Part shown: one piece after another, positions 38,559 through 47,457 of the stretch | Numbering within the stretch: the stretch's first letter is position 1 | How the letters are laid out: every line of letters begins with the position of its first letter | Origin: Planctomycetes bacterium UBA1662 | Lineage (GTDB): Bacteria > Planctomycetota > UBA8108 | NCBI GenBank assembly: GCA_002320775.1 | Contig: DCKY01000210.1 | Span: 1-58,529, forward strand | Length of the DNA: 58,529 nt | Direction: 5' to 3' | The notes under the pieces: model-generated | Seen by the model: the letters and a program-made list of their open reading frames with translations, nothing else | Told to the model about the DNA's origin: nothing | Database searches by the model: none | Position numbers and translations under genes: made by a program

Positions 38559-38789
38559 TCAGCCGGCGGCGGCGCGAAGAGCGTCGATGACCTCCTCCTC
38601 GCTGTCAGGGAAACGTCCCAGACCCTTCTTGCTGAACACCAGCTCATCATCGAGCCGGATCTCGAAGACTCCTCCCCTGCCCTCGATGAAGGCCGGCGAT
38701 GTCTCGAAAGCCTTTTCTACTGCGGCCGCCAGACTGACGGCGCGGGGCTTGTAGTTTCACTGAACGCAATATTCGATGCTTATCTTCAT
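38559..38789 (-). CDS. SelW/SelT/SelH (Rdx-family) selenoprotein, CxxU motif (absent from the ORF track)
   Basis: Translation MKISIEYCVQ-U-NYKPRAVSLAAAVEKAFETSPAFIEGRGGVFEIRLDDELVFSKKGLGRFPDSEEEVIDALRAAAG; TGA at 38759-38757; Rdx motifs I.YCxxU, GGVFEI, FSKK..GRFP; RBS GGAG. Confidence 0.93.
38725..38741 (-). promoter_or_regulatory. Candidate SECIS element of the SelW-like gene
   Basis: Minus-strand GCCGTCA-GTC-TGGCGGC hairpin at nt 16-32 after the UGA, with GU in the apical loop. Confidence 0.75.
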
Positions 38790-38917
38790 CGTTAGAGCTC
38801 CTTAACCTTGATCGCTAAAGGATGGATTATAGCAGCCGCAGCGTCCGGTTAGAACCTCGAGCGACCACAAGAAATCGACTGCAGCCCCCCATCGGGGATC
38901 TGCTATACTTCCCGACC

Positions 38918-40504
38918 ATGCAAGCGGGCCTTTCCATTATCGACTGGTCGCTCGTCGCACTCTTCCTGCTGGGTGTAGGCGCCGTGGGCTTTCGCGCCTC
39001 TGGCAACCAATCCTCAACCCGCGACTACTTCCTCGGCGGCCGCTCGATCCCCTGGTGGGCGGCGAGTCTTTCGATCATTGCCACCGAAACGAGCGCCGTC
39101 ACCTTCATAGGAATACCTGCCTTCGCCTTCAAAAATGACTGGTCCCTGCTGCAGCTCTTCACCGGTTTCGCCATCGGAAGGATTTTCCTGGCCTTCATCT
39201 TCGTCAAGGCCTTCTACAAGCGGGAGTACATCACCGTCTATGGCTTGCTGGCCGATCGCTTTGGCGAGAGGACCCGCCTGCTCTCAGCGCTGCTCTTCCT
39301 CGCCGGGAGAGTGGTGGCGAGCGCCGTGCGGCTCTACGCCGGATGCCTCGCAGTCAGGATCGCGCTCGGAACTGATTCGATCGAAACCGTAATTATTGCC
39401 CTGGGACTTTTCGGGGCAGCTTTCACCCTGAAGGGAGGAATCAAGTCGGTCGTCTGGACCGACGTGATCCTCGGCATAACCCTTCTTGCAGGATGCCTGG
39501 TCTCCTGCGCCTGGATACTGGCCGCCTTCCCTGCCGAGGCAGGCCCGATCTTTGACCTCGAGGGTATCTCATCAAGGCTGTCGATAATCCACCTCGAAAC
39601 CTCGATCTCGGACAACAAGGGTTTGTTCGCGGGCCTGCTGGGTGGAATGGTCCTGACCCTCGCCACCCATGGAACGGACCAGGACATCGCCCAGCGCATG
39701 CTCACCTGCCGTGATGTCCGCTCCGGGCGCCTCTCGGTGCTTGGCAGCGCTGTCCTGATCCTCCCCCTGGTCACCCTCTTCCTGTTGCTGGGAACTCTGC
39801 TGTGGGCCTGGCACGAAGCAGGCGCTGCGGGCTACCCCCTGCCGCAGGACAAGAACGAGCTCTTGCCTCTCTTTATCGTCACGGATCTTCCTTCGGGACT
39901 CGCCGGCCTGGTCATGGCCGGGCTGCTGGCAGCAGCGCTGTCGAGCTTCACCTCCGTGCTAAACGCCCTCAGCGCGACAACGGTGGCTGATGTCTACAGG
40001 CCCCTGGTGCAGAAAAACGGTGAGCGCCCCGAGGCTCACTATATGAAAATCTCCCGCCTGGCAACCTTCCTCTGGACCTTCCTCCTGATCGGGCTCGCCA
40101 TCGCCTTTGTCGGCAGCCGGGACAATATCTTCAACACAGCCATCAATGTGCTGAGCTATTTTTACGGCGGACTTCTCGGCGCCTTCCTGCTGGCCATATT
40201 AACCCGGCGAGGCAGCGGCTTCAGCGTAATGACGGGAATGATCGCGAGTGTGCCAGTCGTCCTGCTGCTGCAGCTTCGCCAGTTTACAGAAAAACCTGAG
40301 GACGCCCCCGGCCTGCTGCAGGGCATGCTGGAGAACCTCTCGGATGGAACCCGCGAATCGATCCTCTCCCTGCCGGAAATCGGGTCCAGGTGGTGGATCA
40401 TCATCGGCACCCTGACATGCTTCCTCATCGGCTGCCTGGGGAAATCGAAGAACCCTTCGGTCGAGAGCGGAAACTCCTACTCCTCGGAGGCCGAGGCGGA
40501 CTGA
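38918..40504 (+). CDS. Sodium:solute symporter family protein
   Basis: DYFLGGRSIPWW..SIIATETSAVTF, HGTDQDIAQR, AGLLAAALSS; many transmembrane helices. Confidence 0.9.
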   Translation: MQAGLSIIDWSLVALFLLGVGAVGFRASGNQSSTRDYFLGGRSIPWWAASLSIIATETSAVTFIGIPAFAFKNDWSLLQLFTGFAIGRIFLAFIFVKAFYKREYITVYGLLADRFGERTRLLSALLFLAGRVVASAVRLYAGCLAVRIALGTDSIETVIIALGLFGAAFTLKGGIKSVVWTDVILGITLLAGCLVSCAWILAAFPAEAGPIFDLEGISSRLSIIHLETSISDNKGLFAGLLGGMVLTLATHGTDQDIAQRMLTCRDVRSGRLSVLGSAVLILPLVTLFLLLGTLLWAWHEAGAAGYPLPQDKNELLPLFIVTDLPSGLAGLVMAGLLAAALSSFTSVLNALSATTVADVYRPLVQKNGERPEAHYMKISRLATFLWTFLLIGLAIAFVGSRDNIFNTAINVLSYFYGGLLGAFLLAILTRRGSGFSVMTGMIASVPVVLLLQLRQFTEKPEDAPGLLQGMLENLSDGTRESILSLPEIGSRWWIIIGTLTCFLIGCLGKSKNPSVESGNSYSSEAEAD

Positions 40505-41007
40505 GGGCGACCGAGTTCCTGGAATCGCTCAATATCGAAGAACTTCCAGACACTTTGAATATCGAGGTAGCGCTGCACCTCCTTGCCCTTCGTGTCGAAA
40601 TAAATATAGGTAGGATAGCTGTGTACACTCAGCTGCCGCGCCAGGCGTGCCGTGGGGTCGAGCAGGATGACGAACTCCCCCTGCTGCTTCGACAGCCAGG
40701 ACTCCATCCTCGCCCTGTTCTTCTCTGTACAGACCGTCACCAGCTGAATATCACTGTCGCGCCTGGAGAGCGTGGTGAGTGCGGGAATCGCCTCGATCGA
40801 CTCGATGTTGGCACAATCCCAGAAGACCAGCACCGTAGGCTGACGATAGGAAAAATACGGCCAAACCCACTGCCGTCCGCTCCTGTCTTCGAGATCGACC
40901 CCGGGACTCTGACACCCCTGCAAGATGAAAAAAAACAGGTGGCACAAGAGCGCCCCGGCGATTCCCTTCACGGGTTGCCGGCGCTTCCGCCTGTGGACTC
41001 TCTCCAT
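40477..41007 (-). CDS. TlpA/thioredoxin-fold lipoprotein with degenerate active site
   Basis: LEDRSG..PTVLVFW..LLDP..ARQLSVHSYPTYIYFD; ILQGC lipobox; no CxxC. Confidence 0.7.
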   Translation of the reverse strand: MERVHRRKRRQPVKGIAGALLCHLFFFILQGCQSPGVDLEDRSGRQWVWPYFSYRQPTVLVFWDCANIESIEAIPALTTLSRRDSDIQLVTVCTEKNRARMESWLSKQQGEFVILLDPTARLARQLSVHSYPTYIYFDTKGKEVQRYLDIQSVWKFFDIERFQELGRPQSASASEE

Positions 41008-41105
41008 ACTCTTCTCCTCAACGCTTCCGCTCTTCAAGGCTCCCGCTCTCCACCGTGGAAATACTGACTCCTCGAAGCGGCCATTACGAACAGGAAGGCG
41101 AAGGG

Positions 41106-42518
41106 CTATTTCGCTGCGCGTTCGAGAATGACCGGAATAACCTCGGCCAGGCCTTTTCCCAGCTCGAGATCCCAGATACGCAGGGTCCCCTCGTAACCGG
41201 CTGTGACCAGCCGGTCTCCGCCTGCGTTGAAGGCAAGCGCGTAGATCCAGCCCTGCTCTGAACGCAAGCCGGCAATCCGCTGGCCGCTCTCAGCATCGTA
41301 AACACGAAGCTCCTTTGCCGAGCCGGCGAGCGCCAGCTTCGTCCCATCCACGCTATACCCGGCGGCGAAAATCAGGCCTGGCTGTTTCTCGAGCTTTGCG
41401 CCCTCCACCAGGGAGCCCGCATCGTAGATTCTCGGCTCCATCTTCTCTCCCGCGACAAGGATCTGGGAAGAGCCCGGTCGCGTGACTACGCGGGTAACGG
41501 CCTGGCCAAAGGTTCCGAGGGTCTTCAGAAAGCCTCCATCCTTCGCCGCTGCCGCCCGAATCGTACGATCCCTGCCGCAGGAGAACAGTCTCTTGCCATC
41601 GGAAGAAAAAACGGCCCCAAGAACCCAGTCGGAGTGCAACTGGGAAGAATACCTCAACTCGAGATCTTCTACGCCCAGCACATGCAGCGAGCGGTCGGTG
41701 CCTGCGATAACCAGCCTGGAACCATCAGGAGAGAAATCGACGGAGTAGAAAACATCTCCCCCCGTTCGCTTGAAGCGCAGCATCCTGGACTCCTCGACAT
41801 CCCAGATCTGGATCTCTCCAAAACGCGCCGGGGAGCCGCCGGCCACGGCAAGGAGCCTGCCCCCGGGAGCGAGAGCCAGGGCATGAACCCTCTCGGCCTC
41901 GCCTCTGAAACGACGTAGCGGCTGAATCTCTACAGGCTCTTTCTTTCCACGGCCCCGTCTCAAAATATTCTCGACACTATGGACCAGCACCTCGCGATAT
42001 CCGCCAATGAAGATGTTCTCCCCCGAGCTATCGAAGAGCAGCGCGGTAATAACCGGTGGACGAGGATAAACCTGGTCGGCGAGAGGGCGAGAGTATGGCT
42101 CCGGGCTTGTGGGTGGTGTTCCCGCCCGGGCTCCTCCCTTGATCCAGGCCTCGATCATGCGAATATCCTTTTCGCTTAGCGGCTCCGCCTTTCGCGGCGG
42201 CATCAGAGGCTTCTGCTTGCCGCTGATCATCCTGAACAGGATGCTCTCATTCGGCTTCCCCGGGACGATGGTCCGTCCGCGTTCGGAGCCCGCGAGCAGC
42301 TTCTCCAGGCTCTCCATGCTGTACTTTCCCTTGGGCTTGCGGCCGCTGTGGCAGCCCAGGCAGCTGCGCTTGAGGATCGGCACGACATCAGCGTGAAAGG
42401 TTGTCCGCGAAGAATCGACCGCGGCCTCTTCCGCGAGAACGCAAGTCCCCCCGACAGACATCGCCAGGACCAGGCATCCCAGGCTCGAAAGAAGCCCGCG
42501 GCCGCCCCGGCTCCTCAT
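41106..42518 (-). CDS. Planctomycete cytochrome c domain plus WD40 repeat protein
   Basis: PILKRSCLGCH (CxxCH), IVPGKP.ES.L..MPP..WIKGGA; WD40 repeats; start could be 42545. Confidence 0.85.
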   Translation of the reverse strand: MRSRGGRGLLSSLGCLVLAMSVGGTCVLAEEAAVDSSRTTFHADVVPILKRSCLGCHSGRKPKGKYSMESLEKLLAGSERGRTIVPGKPNESILFRMISGKQKPLMPPRKAEPLSEKDIRMIEAWIKGGARAGTPPTSPEPYSRPLADQVYPRPPVITALLFDSSGENIFIGGYREVLVHSVENILRRGRGKKEPVEIQPLRRFRGEAERVHALALAPGGRLLAVAGGSPARFGEIQIWDVEESRMLRFKRTGGDVFYSVDFSPDGSRLVIAGTDRSLHVLGVEDLELRYSSQLHSDWVLGAVFSSDGKRLFSCGRDRTIRAAAAKDGGFLKTLGTFGQAVTRVVTRPGSSQILVAGEKMEPRIYDAGSLVEGAKLEKQPGLIFAAGYSVDGTKLALAGSAKELRVYDAESGQRIAGLRSEQGWIYALAFNAGGDRLVTAGYEGTLRIWDLELGKGLAEVIPVILERAAK

Positions 42519-42736
42519 CTCCAATCTCACAGCGCTGCAGATCATCCCTGAATCTCATCAAAAATCGAAAGTCGAAAACAAACCCATGAGCCTCGGCATG
42601 AGCCGCATGGAGTGTAACCGATAAAAATAAAGGTCTGCATCGCAGAACGAAAAACAGTGGAAGCGCGGATGGCCCTTCAAGTTGTTCCCAAACGATGCCG
42701 ATAAAAAAATAAGTCGCGACACATTGGATGCTTTAA

Positions 42737-43399
42737 ATGGATTCGAATGATTTCCTGCTTCTATCCCTGGCGGTAACCGGCCTGGCGCTGCTGGTCTCAC
42801 TATTTGTCGGCACATCGGAGCGAGTCGTCATTGAAGAGAACCCCATCTCGGGCTGGAAAAAGTTCACCATCAGTCCGGAAGCGCTGGCCGGTGGAGACAA
42901 CCAGCGCACCCTGGTGAGCAGCCAGGAAAGCGGCGGTGAGCTGGAGGTCCTCTCCGGCAGCTCCCGCTCCTTTCCGATCAAGATCGGACACCACAAACAC
43001 GGCGCCCTTCTGGTGATTGAAAAACCACTGCTGTCGCTGAAATCCAGCCTCAAGATGAGCCTGCTCGGACAGCCCTGGATTCAGATCCGGACGGGCCGCG
43101 AGGAGGGAATACCCAGGCTCGTAGGAGCTGGAACAAGAATGGCAGACGAGGTTCCGGAGGCCGGCAGCCTGCGGCTGAATGGAAACCTCCCCGCGCGTGA
43201 ATACGAGATTCGCGTACGTGAAAAAGTTGCCGCTACGGTCTTCCGGGAACAGGCGGACGACAGCGCGGATGAGAGCAGCTACCGGGTAGCTCTTCCCGAA
43301 GGTATTCCAGAGCTTCCATTCCTGGCCCTGGTTGTAGGCCTCGAGATCGAGCTTGCAGCCTGCTCCAGGCCAGCCAAGGCTCTTTCGCTGGAGAGCTGA
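42737..43399 (+). CDS. Hypothetical protein with N-terminal membrane anchor
   Basis: 220-aa ORF; hydrophobic N-terminus; beta-rich body with a terminal hydrophobic helix (weakly Tubby/LURP-like). Confidence 0.6.
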   Translation: MDSNDFLLLSLAVTGLALLVSLFVGTSERVVIEENPISGWKKFTISPEALAGGDNQRTLVSSQESGGELEVLSGSSRSFPIKIGHHKHGALLVIEKPLLSLKSSLKMSLLGQPWIQIRTGREEGIPRLVGAGTRMADEVPEAGSLRLNGNLPAREYEIRVREKVAATVFREQADDSADESSYRVALPEGIPELPFLALVVGLEIELAACSRPAKALSLES

Positions 43400-43413
43400 A
43401 AAGAGACTGGCGC

Positions 43414-44253
43414 TCAGGCATCCTCGGAAGCTTCAGCCGAGGTCTCCTCGGCTACGGCCTTGGCGCGCTCGGTGGCCGCTACAACGGCGTCAATCATCAT
43501 GCCCCGGAGCCCACCCGCCTCGAGAACATTCAGAGCAGCGATGGTCGTTCCCCCCGGCGTTGTCACCCTGTCCTTCAAAACAGCCGGGTGCTCACCACTC
43601 TCTCTCACCACCTGCGCTGCCCCCGAGACGGTCTGGATGGCGAGCTTCATCGAAATATCCCGGGTCAACCCCATCCGGACACCTCCATCGCAGAGCGCCT
43701 CGATGACCATATAGATATAGGCCGGCCCGCTTCCGCTCAAACCCGTCACGGCATCGAGAAGATTCTCCTTCACCCTCACCACCTCCCCAACCGCTCCGAG
43801 CAGTTCCTCAGCAATATCGAGGTGCTCCGGCGTAGCCGAACCGCAAGCGGAAACACCGCTGGCCGCCGCGTCCACGATCGCCGCGATGTTGGGCATGCAG
43901 CGCACCACCGGATTGTTCTTGCCCAGCTTGTTGCTGATGTACGAACCCTTCACTCCAGCCACGATAGAGATAAACAGCTGGTCCGTCTCTACTGTAGGAG
44001 CCAGCCCGTCCAGGACGCTGTTGAGAATGTAGGGCTTGACCGCGAGGATCACCACCTCGGCGCCGACGACCGCCTCGGCCGCATCGGTCGAGGTACGCAT
44101 ACCGTACTCATCCCGCAAGGCTCCGAGCGTGTCTTCATCCACATCGACCACGGTGAAATTCTCAGCCGAGGTCAGACCCGCCTTCAGGATGCCGCGAAGC
44201 AGGGAGCGGCCCATATTGCCGCCGCCGATCAGGACTATTTTATGATTCGCCAT
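43414..44253 (-). CDS. proC: Pyrroline-5-carboxylate reductase
   Basis: IGGGNMG, LAVKP, RCMPN, TGLSGSGPAY, VTTPGGTT. Confidence 0.95.
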   Translation of the reverse strand: MANHKIVLIGGGNMGRSLLRGILKAGLTSAENFTVVDVDEDTLGALRDEYGMRTSTDAAEAVVGAEVVILAVKPYILNSVLDGLAPTVETDQLFISIVAGVKGSYISNKLGKNNPVVRCMPNIAAIVDAAASGVSACGSATPEHLDIAEELLGAVGEVVRVKENLLDAVTGLSGSGPAYIYMVIEALCDGGVRMGLTRDISMKLAIQTVSGAAQVVRESGEHPAVLKDRVTTPGGTTIAALNVLEAGGLRGMMIDAVVAATERAKAVAEETSAEASEDA

Positions 44254-44590
44254 CTTTGTCGATTTCCGAGTACTGGAGCTGGTTCCGAACACCTTTTTGA
44301 AAGGAGGTAGAGAATAGTGCCTCAGAATCTATCCATCTACACTCTACCATCGAGCTCACCAGCGGAGATGGCCCCCGGCCTCAAGTGTCATCGTCCCAGG
44401 AAGGCTTCTGAGGGCTCCTGCAGGGCTCAGAGCAAATACCAGCTTTGCCGCTGCCACAATGTTATCGGAAGAGTCTTCCGGTCATACCGCCCCGACCGCT
44501 CAGCTTCTCCATCACCAGCCTTGCACCCGGTCACCAGGGCTGAAAGAATGATCTTCTCTAAAACGAACCGCGGGAACGATCGGAGCGAGG

Positions 44591-45181
44591 ATGGAAAACG
44601 AAGACAAGATCAATCTCTTCAAGAACATGGCCGAGGCGGATCCCTCGAACGAGCTGGCCCACTTCAGCCTGGGAAAGCTCTACAAGGAGGCCGGCAGGTT
44701 TGAAGAGGCCGAGACCTCGCTGAAGAACTGTCTCGAGATCAACCAGGAGCATAGCGTCGCCCGCCAGTTTCTCGGCGAGTCCCTGCTCGAGCTGGGGAGA
44801 AAAACCGAGGCTATCGAGCTGCTGGAGGCATCCATCCTGATGGCCCACGAACGCGGCGAGTTCATGCCGCGGGATGCGATGAGCTCCCTGCTGAGCGATC
44901 ATGGAATCGAGCCGCCCGACCTTACGACCGAAGAAGACACCGAGGCCATCGAGGCGGGCGCATTTGTCTGCAAACGCTGCAGAAAGGCGAGACCCGGACT
45001 GGAGGATGCCCCCTTTTCCGGAGAGCTCGGAGCCAGGGTCCAGGAGGACATCTGCGTGGACTGCTGGAAGGAATGGATGGCCATGTCGATCAAGGTTATC
45101 AATGAATTCCGTCTCAACATGGCCACCCCGGAAGCCAACGACATCTACGAGTCCAACCTCAGGGAATTCCTCGGAGTCTGA
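44591..45181 (+). CDS. TPR plus Fe(II)-trafficking (YggX-like) fusion protein
   Basis: N-terminal TPRs; C-terminal C....GLEDAPFSGELG..ICVDCWKEW....INEFRLNM. Confidence 0.8.
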   Translation: MENEDKINLFKNMAEADPSNELAHFSLGKLYKEAGRFEEAETSLKNCLEINQEHSVARQFLGESLLELGRKTEAIELLEASILMAHERGEFMPRDAMSSLLSDHGIEPPDLTTEEDTEAIEAGAFVCKRCRKARPGLEDAPFSGELGARVQEDICVDCWKEWMAMSIKVINEFRLNMATPEANDIYESNLREFLGV

Positions 45182-45200
45182 AGGAGGCCTGCGGGCTATC

Positions 45201-46415
45201 ATGTCCTTCATGAAATTCTCCCGCCGCTATATACCGGTCTGGGTCCTGGCTCCCGCACTCCTGGCCTGCTCGGTGAGCCCCGCGCCAGCTCCGGACTTTT
45301 CCAGGGTGAACAGGCTTCTCGCCGCCGCCGTCAAGGATGGAGCCTTCCCGGGCTGCGCTGCAGCGGTCGGCTCCAGCTCTGGAAGCTACTGGGCCGGCGG
45401 CTTTGGTACACTCGCCCTCGACAGGGAGACCGCTGGAAAGCTGTCACTGCCGGCCGCCGCGGTTCCGGGGTCCGGGACTCTCTATGATCTCGCCTCGCTG
45501 ACCAAGGTCATCGGAACGACCTCCGTAGTCGCCGCCCTCATACAGGAAAAGAAGCTGGCGCTCGAAGACACCGTTGCCAGCCACCTGCCGGCCTTCGCTC
45601 CCGCCTCGCTGAAGAAAAAAATCCGGGAGCTTAAGAAGAAGGTGACGGTTGAGCAGCTTCTTCTTCACACCTCCGGTCTCCCGAGCTGGAAACCCCTCTA
45701 CAAGACCTGCAAGAGCTACCGGGAATTGCTGAAGGTCATCCTGGAGACGCCGCTGGAAGCGGAGCCGGGCTCCCTCTACCGCTATAGTGACCTCGGCTTC
45801 ATCCTCCTGGGAGAGCTCGCCGCAAAGACCGGGGGAAAGCCGCTGGCCGCGCTTGAGCAGGAGCTGGTCTTCAAACCTCTCGGAATGAAGAACACCCTGA
45901 GGAATCCGCCGGCATCGCGAAAAAAAAGGATTGCTCCCACAGAACTCGACAAGGAGACGAAGGAGTACATTCACGGAAAGGTCCATGACGAAAACGCCCG
46001 GGCTGGCGAAGGGATCACGGGACACGCGGGACTCTTCTCCACCTCCTCGGATCTGTCCCGGCTCGCGCGCGAGCTGCTGCTCGCCCTGAGAGGAAAAAGC
46101 CGCAGGCTCGACAGGAAGGTGATCGAAAATTTCATACGCTGCAAGAATTCTCCAGGAGGCTCCAGCCGGGCGCTGGGCTGGGACACGCCCTCGAAAAAAA
46201 GCTCGGTGGGAGAGCTTGCAAGCAGGAACTCCTTCGGCCACACAGGCTTCACTGGAACCTCTATCTGGATTGACCCGGAAAACGATCTCTACATCATCCT
46301 CCTGAGCAACCGGGTCCATCCCACCCGCCAGAACAGGAAGATCTCGAATGTGCGCCGCGCCTTCGCGAACGAGGCCGTCAGCGCCTTAAATCACTACCGA
46401 AAGAAAGCTCCCTGA
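45201..46415 (+). CDS. Serine hydrolase, beta-lactamase family (probable lipoprotein)
   Basis: YDLASLTK (SxxK), LLLHTSGL, YSDLGF, GHAGLFS, GHTGFTG; LLAC lipobox. Confidence 0.88.
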   Translation: MSFMKFSRRYIPVWVLAPALLACSVSPAPAPDFSRVNRLLAAAVKDGAFPGCAAAVGSSSGSYWAGGFGTLALDRETAGKLSLPAAAVPGSGTLYDLASLTKVIGTTSVVAALIQEKKLALEDTVASHLPAFAPASLKKKIRELKKKVTVEQLLLHTSGLPSWKPLYKTCKSYRELLKVILETPLEAEPGSLYRYSDLGFILLGELAAKTGGKPLAALEQELVFKPLGMKNTLRNPPASRKKRIAPTELDKETKEYIHGKVHDENARAGEGITGHAGLFSTSSDLSRLARELLLALRGKSRRLDRKVIENFIRCKNSPGGSSRALGWDTPSKKSSVGELASRNSFGHTGFTGTSIWIDPENDLYIILLSNRVHPTRQNRKISNVRRAFANEAVSALNHYRKKAP

Positions 46416-47359
46416 TGCCCGGACTCGCAATCATTGGAAACTGCTGCGCGGACCTCTACATCCCTCCACACGACCCTCCTCCCCCGGGCGGCATCGAGAG
46501 GATTCCACGCCCGCGAGTGGAGCTCGGGGGCAATGGAGCCAATACGGCCGTCACGGCGGCCCGTCTTGGAGTGCCCACGGCCCTGGCGGGAGTGCTGGGT
46601 GATGACGTGTTTGGAGGACACCTGCGCGAATTACTCACAGCCGAAGGGATCGACCTGTCCCTGCTGCTCACAAGGGAGAACTGCGGAGCCCCTGTCACCC
46701 TGGTACTCAACGACCAGGCCGGCGAGCGCAGCTTTGTCCACCATGGCGGCAGCAATGACTCCTGGGAGCTTCCGGCCGCGGCACTGGCCAGGCCCTGGGA
46801 GGTATTTCACATGGCGGCGCCGGAGCTGCTCGGCTCATTCTGGCCCCATCCCTGCCTGGAGACCGCCCGAAGCGTCAAGAGCGCGGGCATCGAGCTCAGC
46901 CTCGATGTCTTTGTCTCCCGGGACAACCTCGAGCCGGATTCCGACCCGGCCGAGACCCATGCTCCCCTCCTGGAGCTCGCGGATATGGTCTTCCCGAACG
47001 AGGCCGAGGCCCGCGCCATCACCGGCAGGGACAGGCTCGAAGATGTACTGGCCTGCCTCCACGGCCTGGGAGTCACAATTGCCGTCATCAAGCGGGGAGA
47101 ACGCGGCGCGATCGTCTCCTGGGATGGACAGGTCGAAAAGATTCCAGCCGGGGAGGTAACAGCCATCGACACCTGCGGAGCCGGGGACAACTTTGTCGGC
47201 GGATTTCTTGCCGGCAGGATCAAAGGCCTCGACCCTCTTGAATGCGCGAAGCTTGGCTGTGAACTGGGGACTCTCTGCGTCCAACGCAAAGGATCTGTTA
47301 CCGCCAGCTCGGACAGGCAGAAGCTCGATCCGCTCCTGGAGAAGTACGGGCTTGGCTGA
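46415..47359 (+). CDS. PfkB family carbohydrate kinase
   Basis: GGNGANTA..ARLG, PNEAEA, DTCGAGDNF. Confidence 0.9.
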   Translation: MPGLAIIGNCCADLYIPPHDPPPPGGIERIPRPRVELGGNGANTAVTAARLGVPTALAGVLGDDVFGGHLRELLTAEGIDLSLLLTRENCGAPVTLVLNDQAGERSFVHHGGSNDSWELPAAALARPWEVFHMAAPELLGSFWPHPCLETARSVKSAGIELSLDVFVSRDNLEPDSDPAETHAPLLELADMVFPNEAEARAITGRDRLEDVLACLHGLGVTIAVIKRGERGAIVSWDGQVEKIPAGEVTAIDTCGAGDNFVGGFLAGRIKGLDPLECAKLGCELGTLCVQRKGSVTASSDRQKLDPLLEKYGLG

Positions 47360-47457
47360 GCTCAGCCAGTGGACTGGCCGAAAGACCGCATGGAATGTAT
47401 ACTGTTCGGCTCAATTCGCTTTTCAATTCGCAACCGGGAAATCAAAGGCTATTCAAG

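Noticed and set aside
42546-42736. AT-rich gap as a possible ncRNA or small ORF
   Set aside because: Consistent with a divergent promoter region; no convincing structure or ORF.
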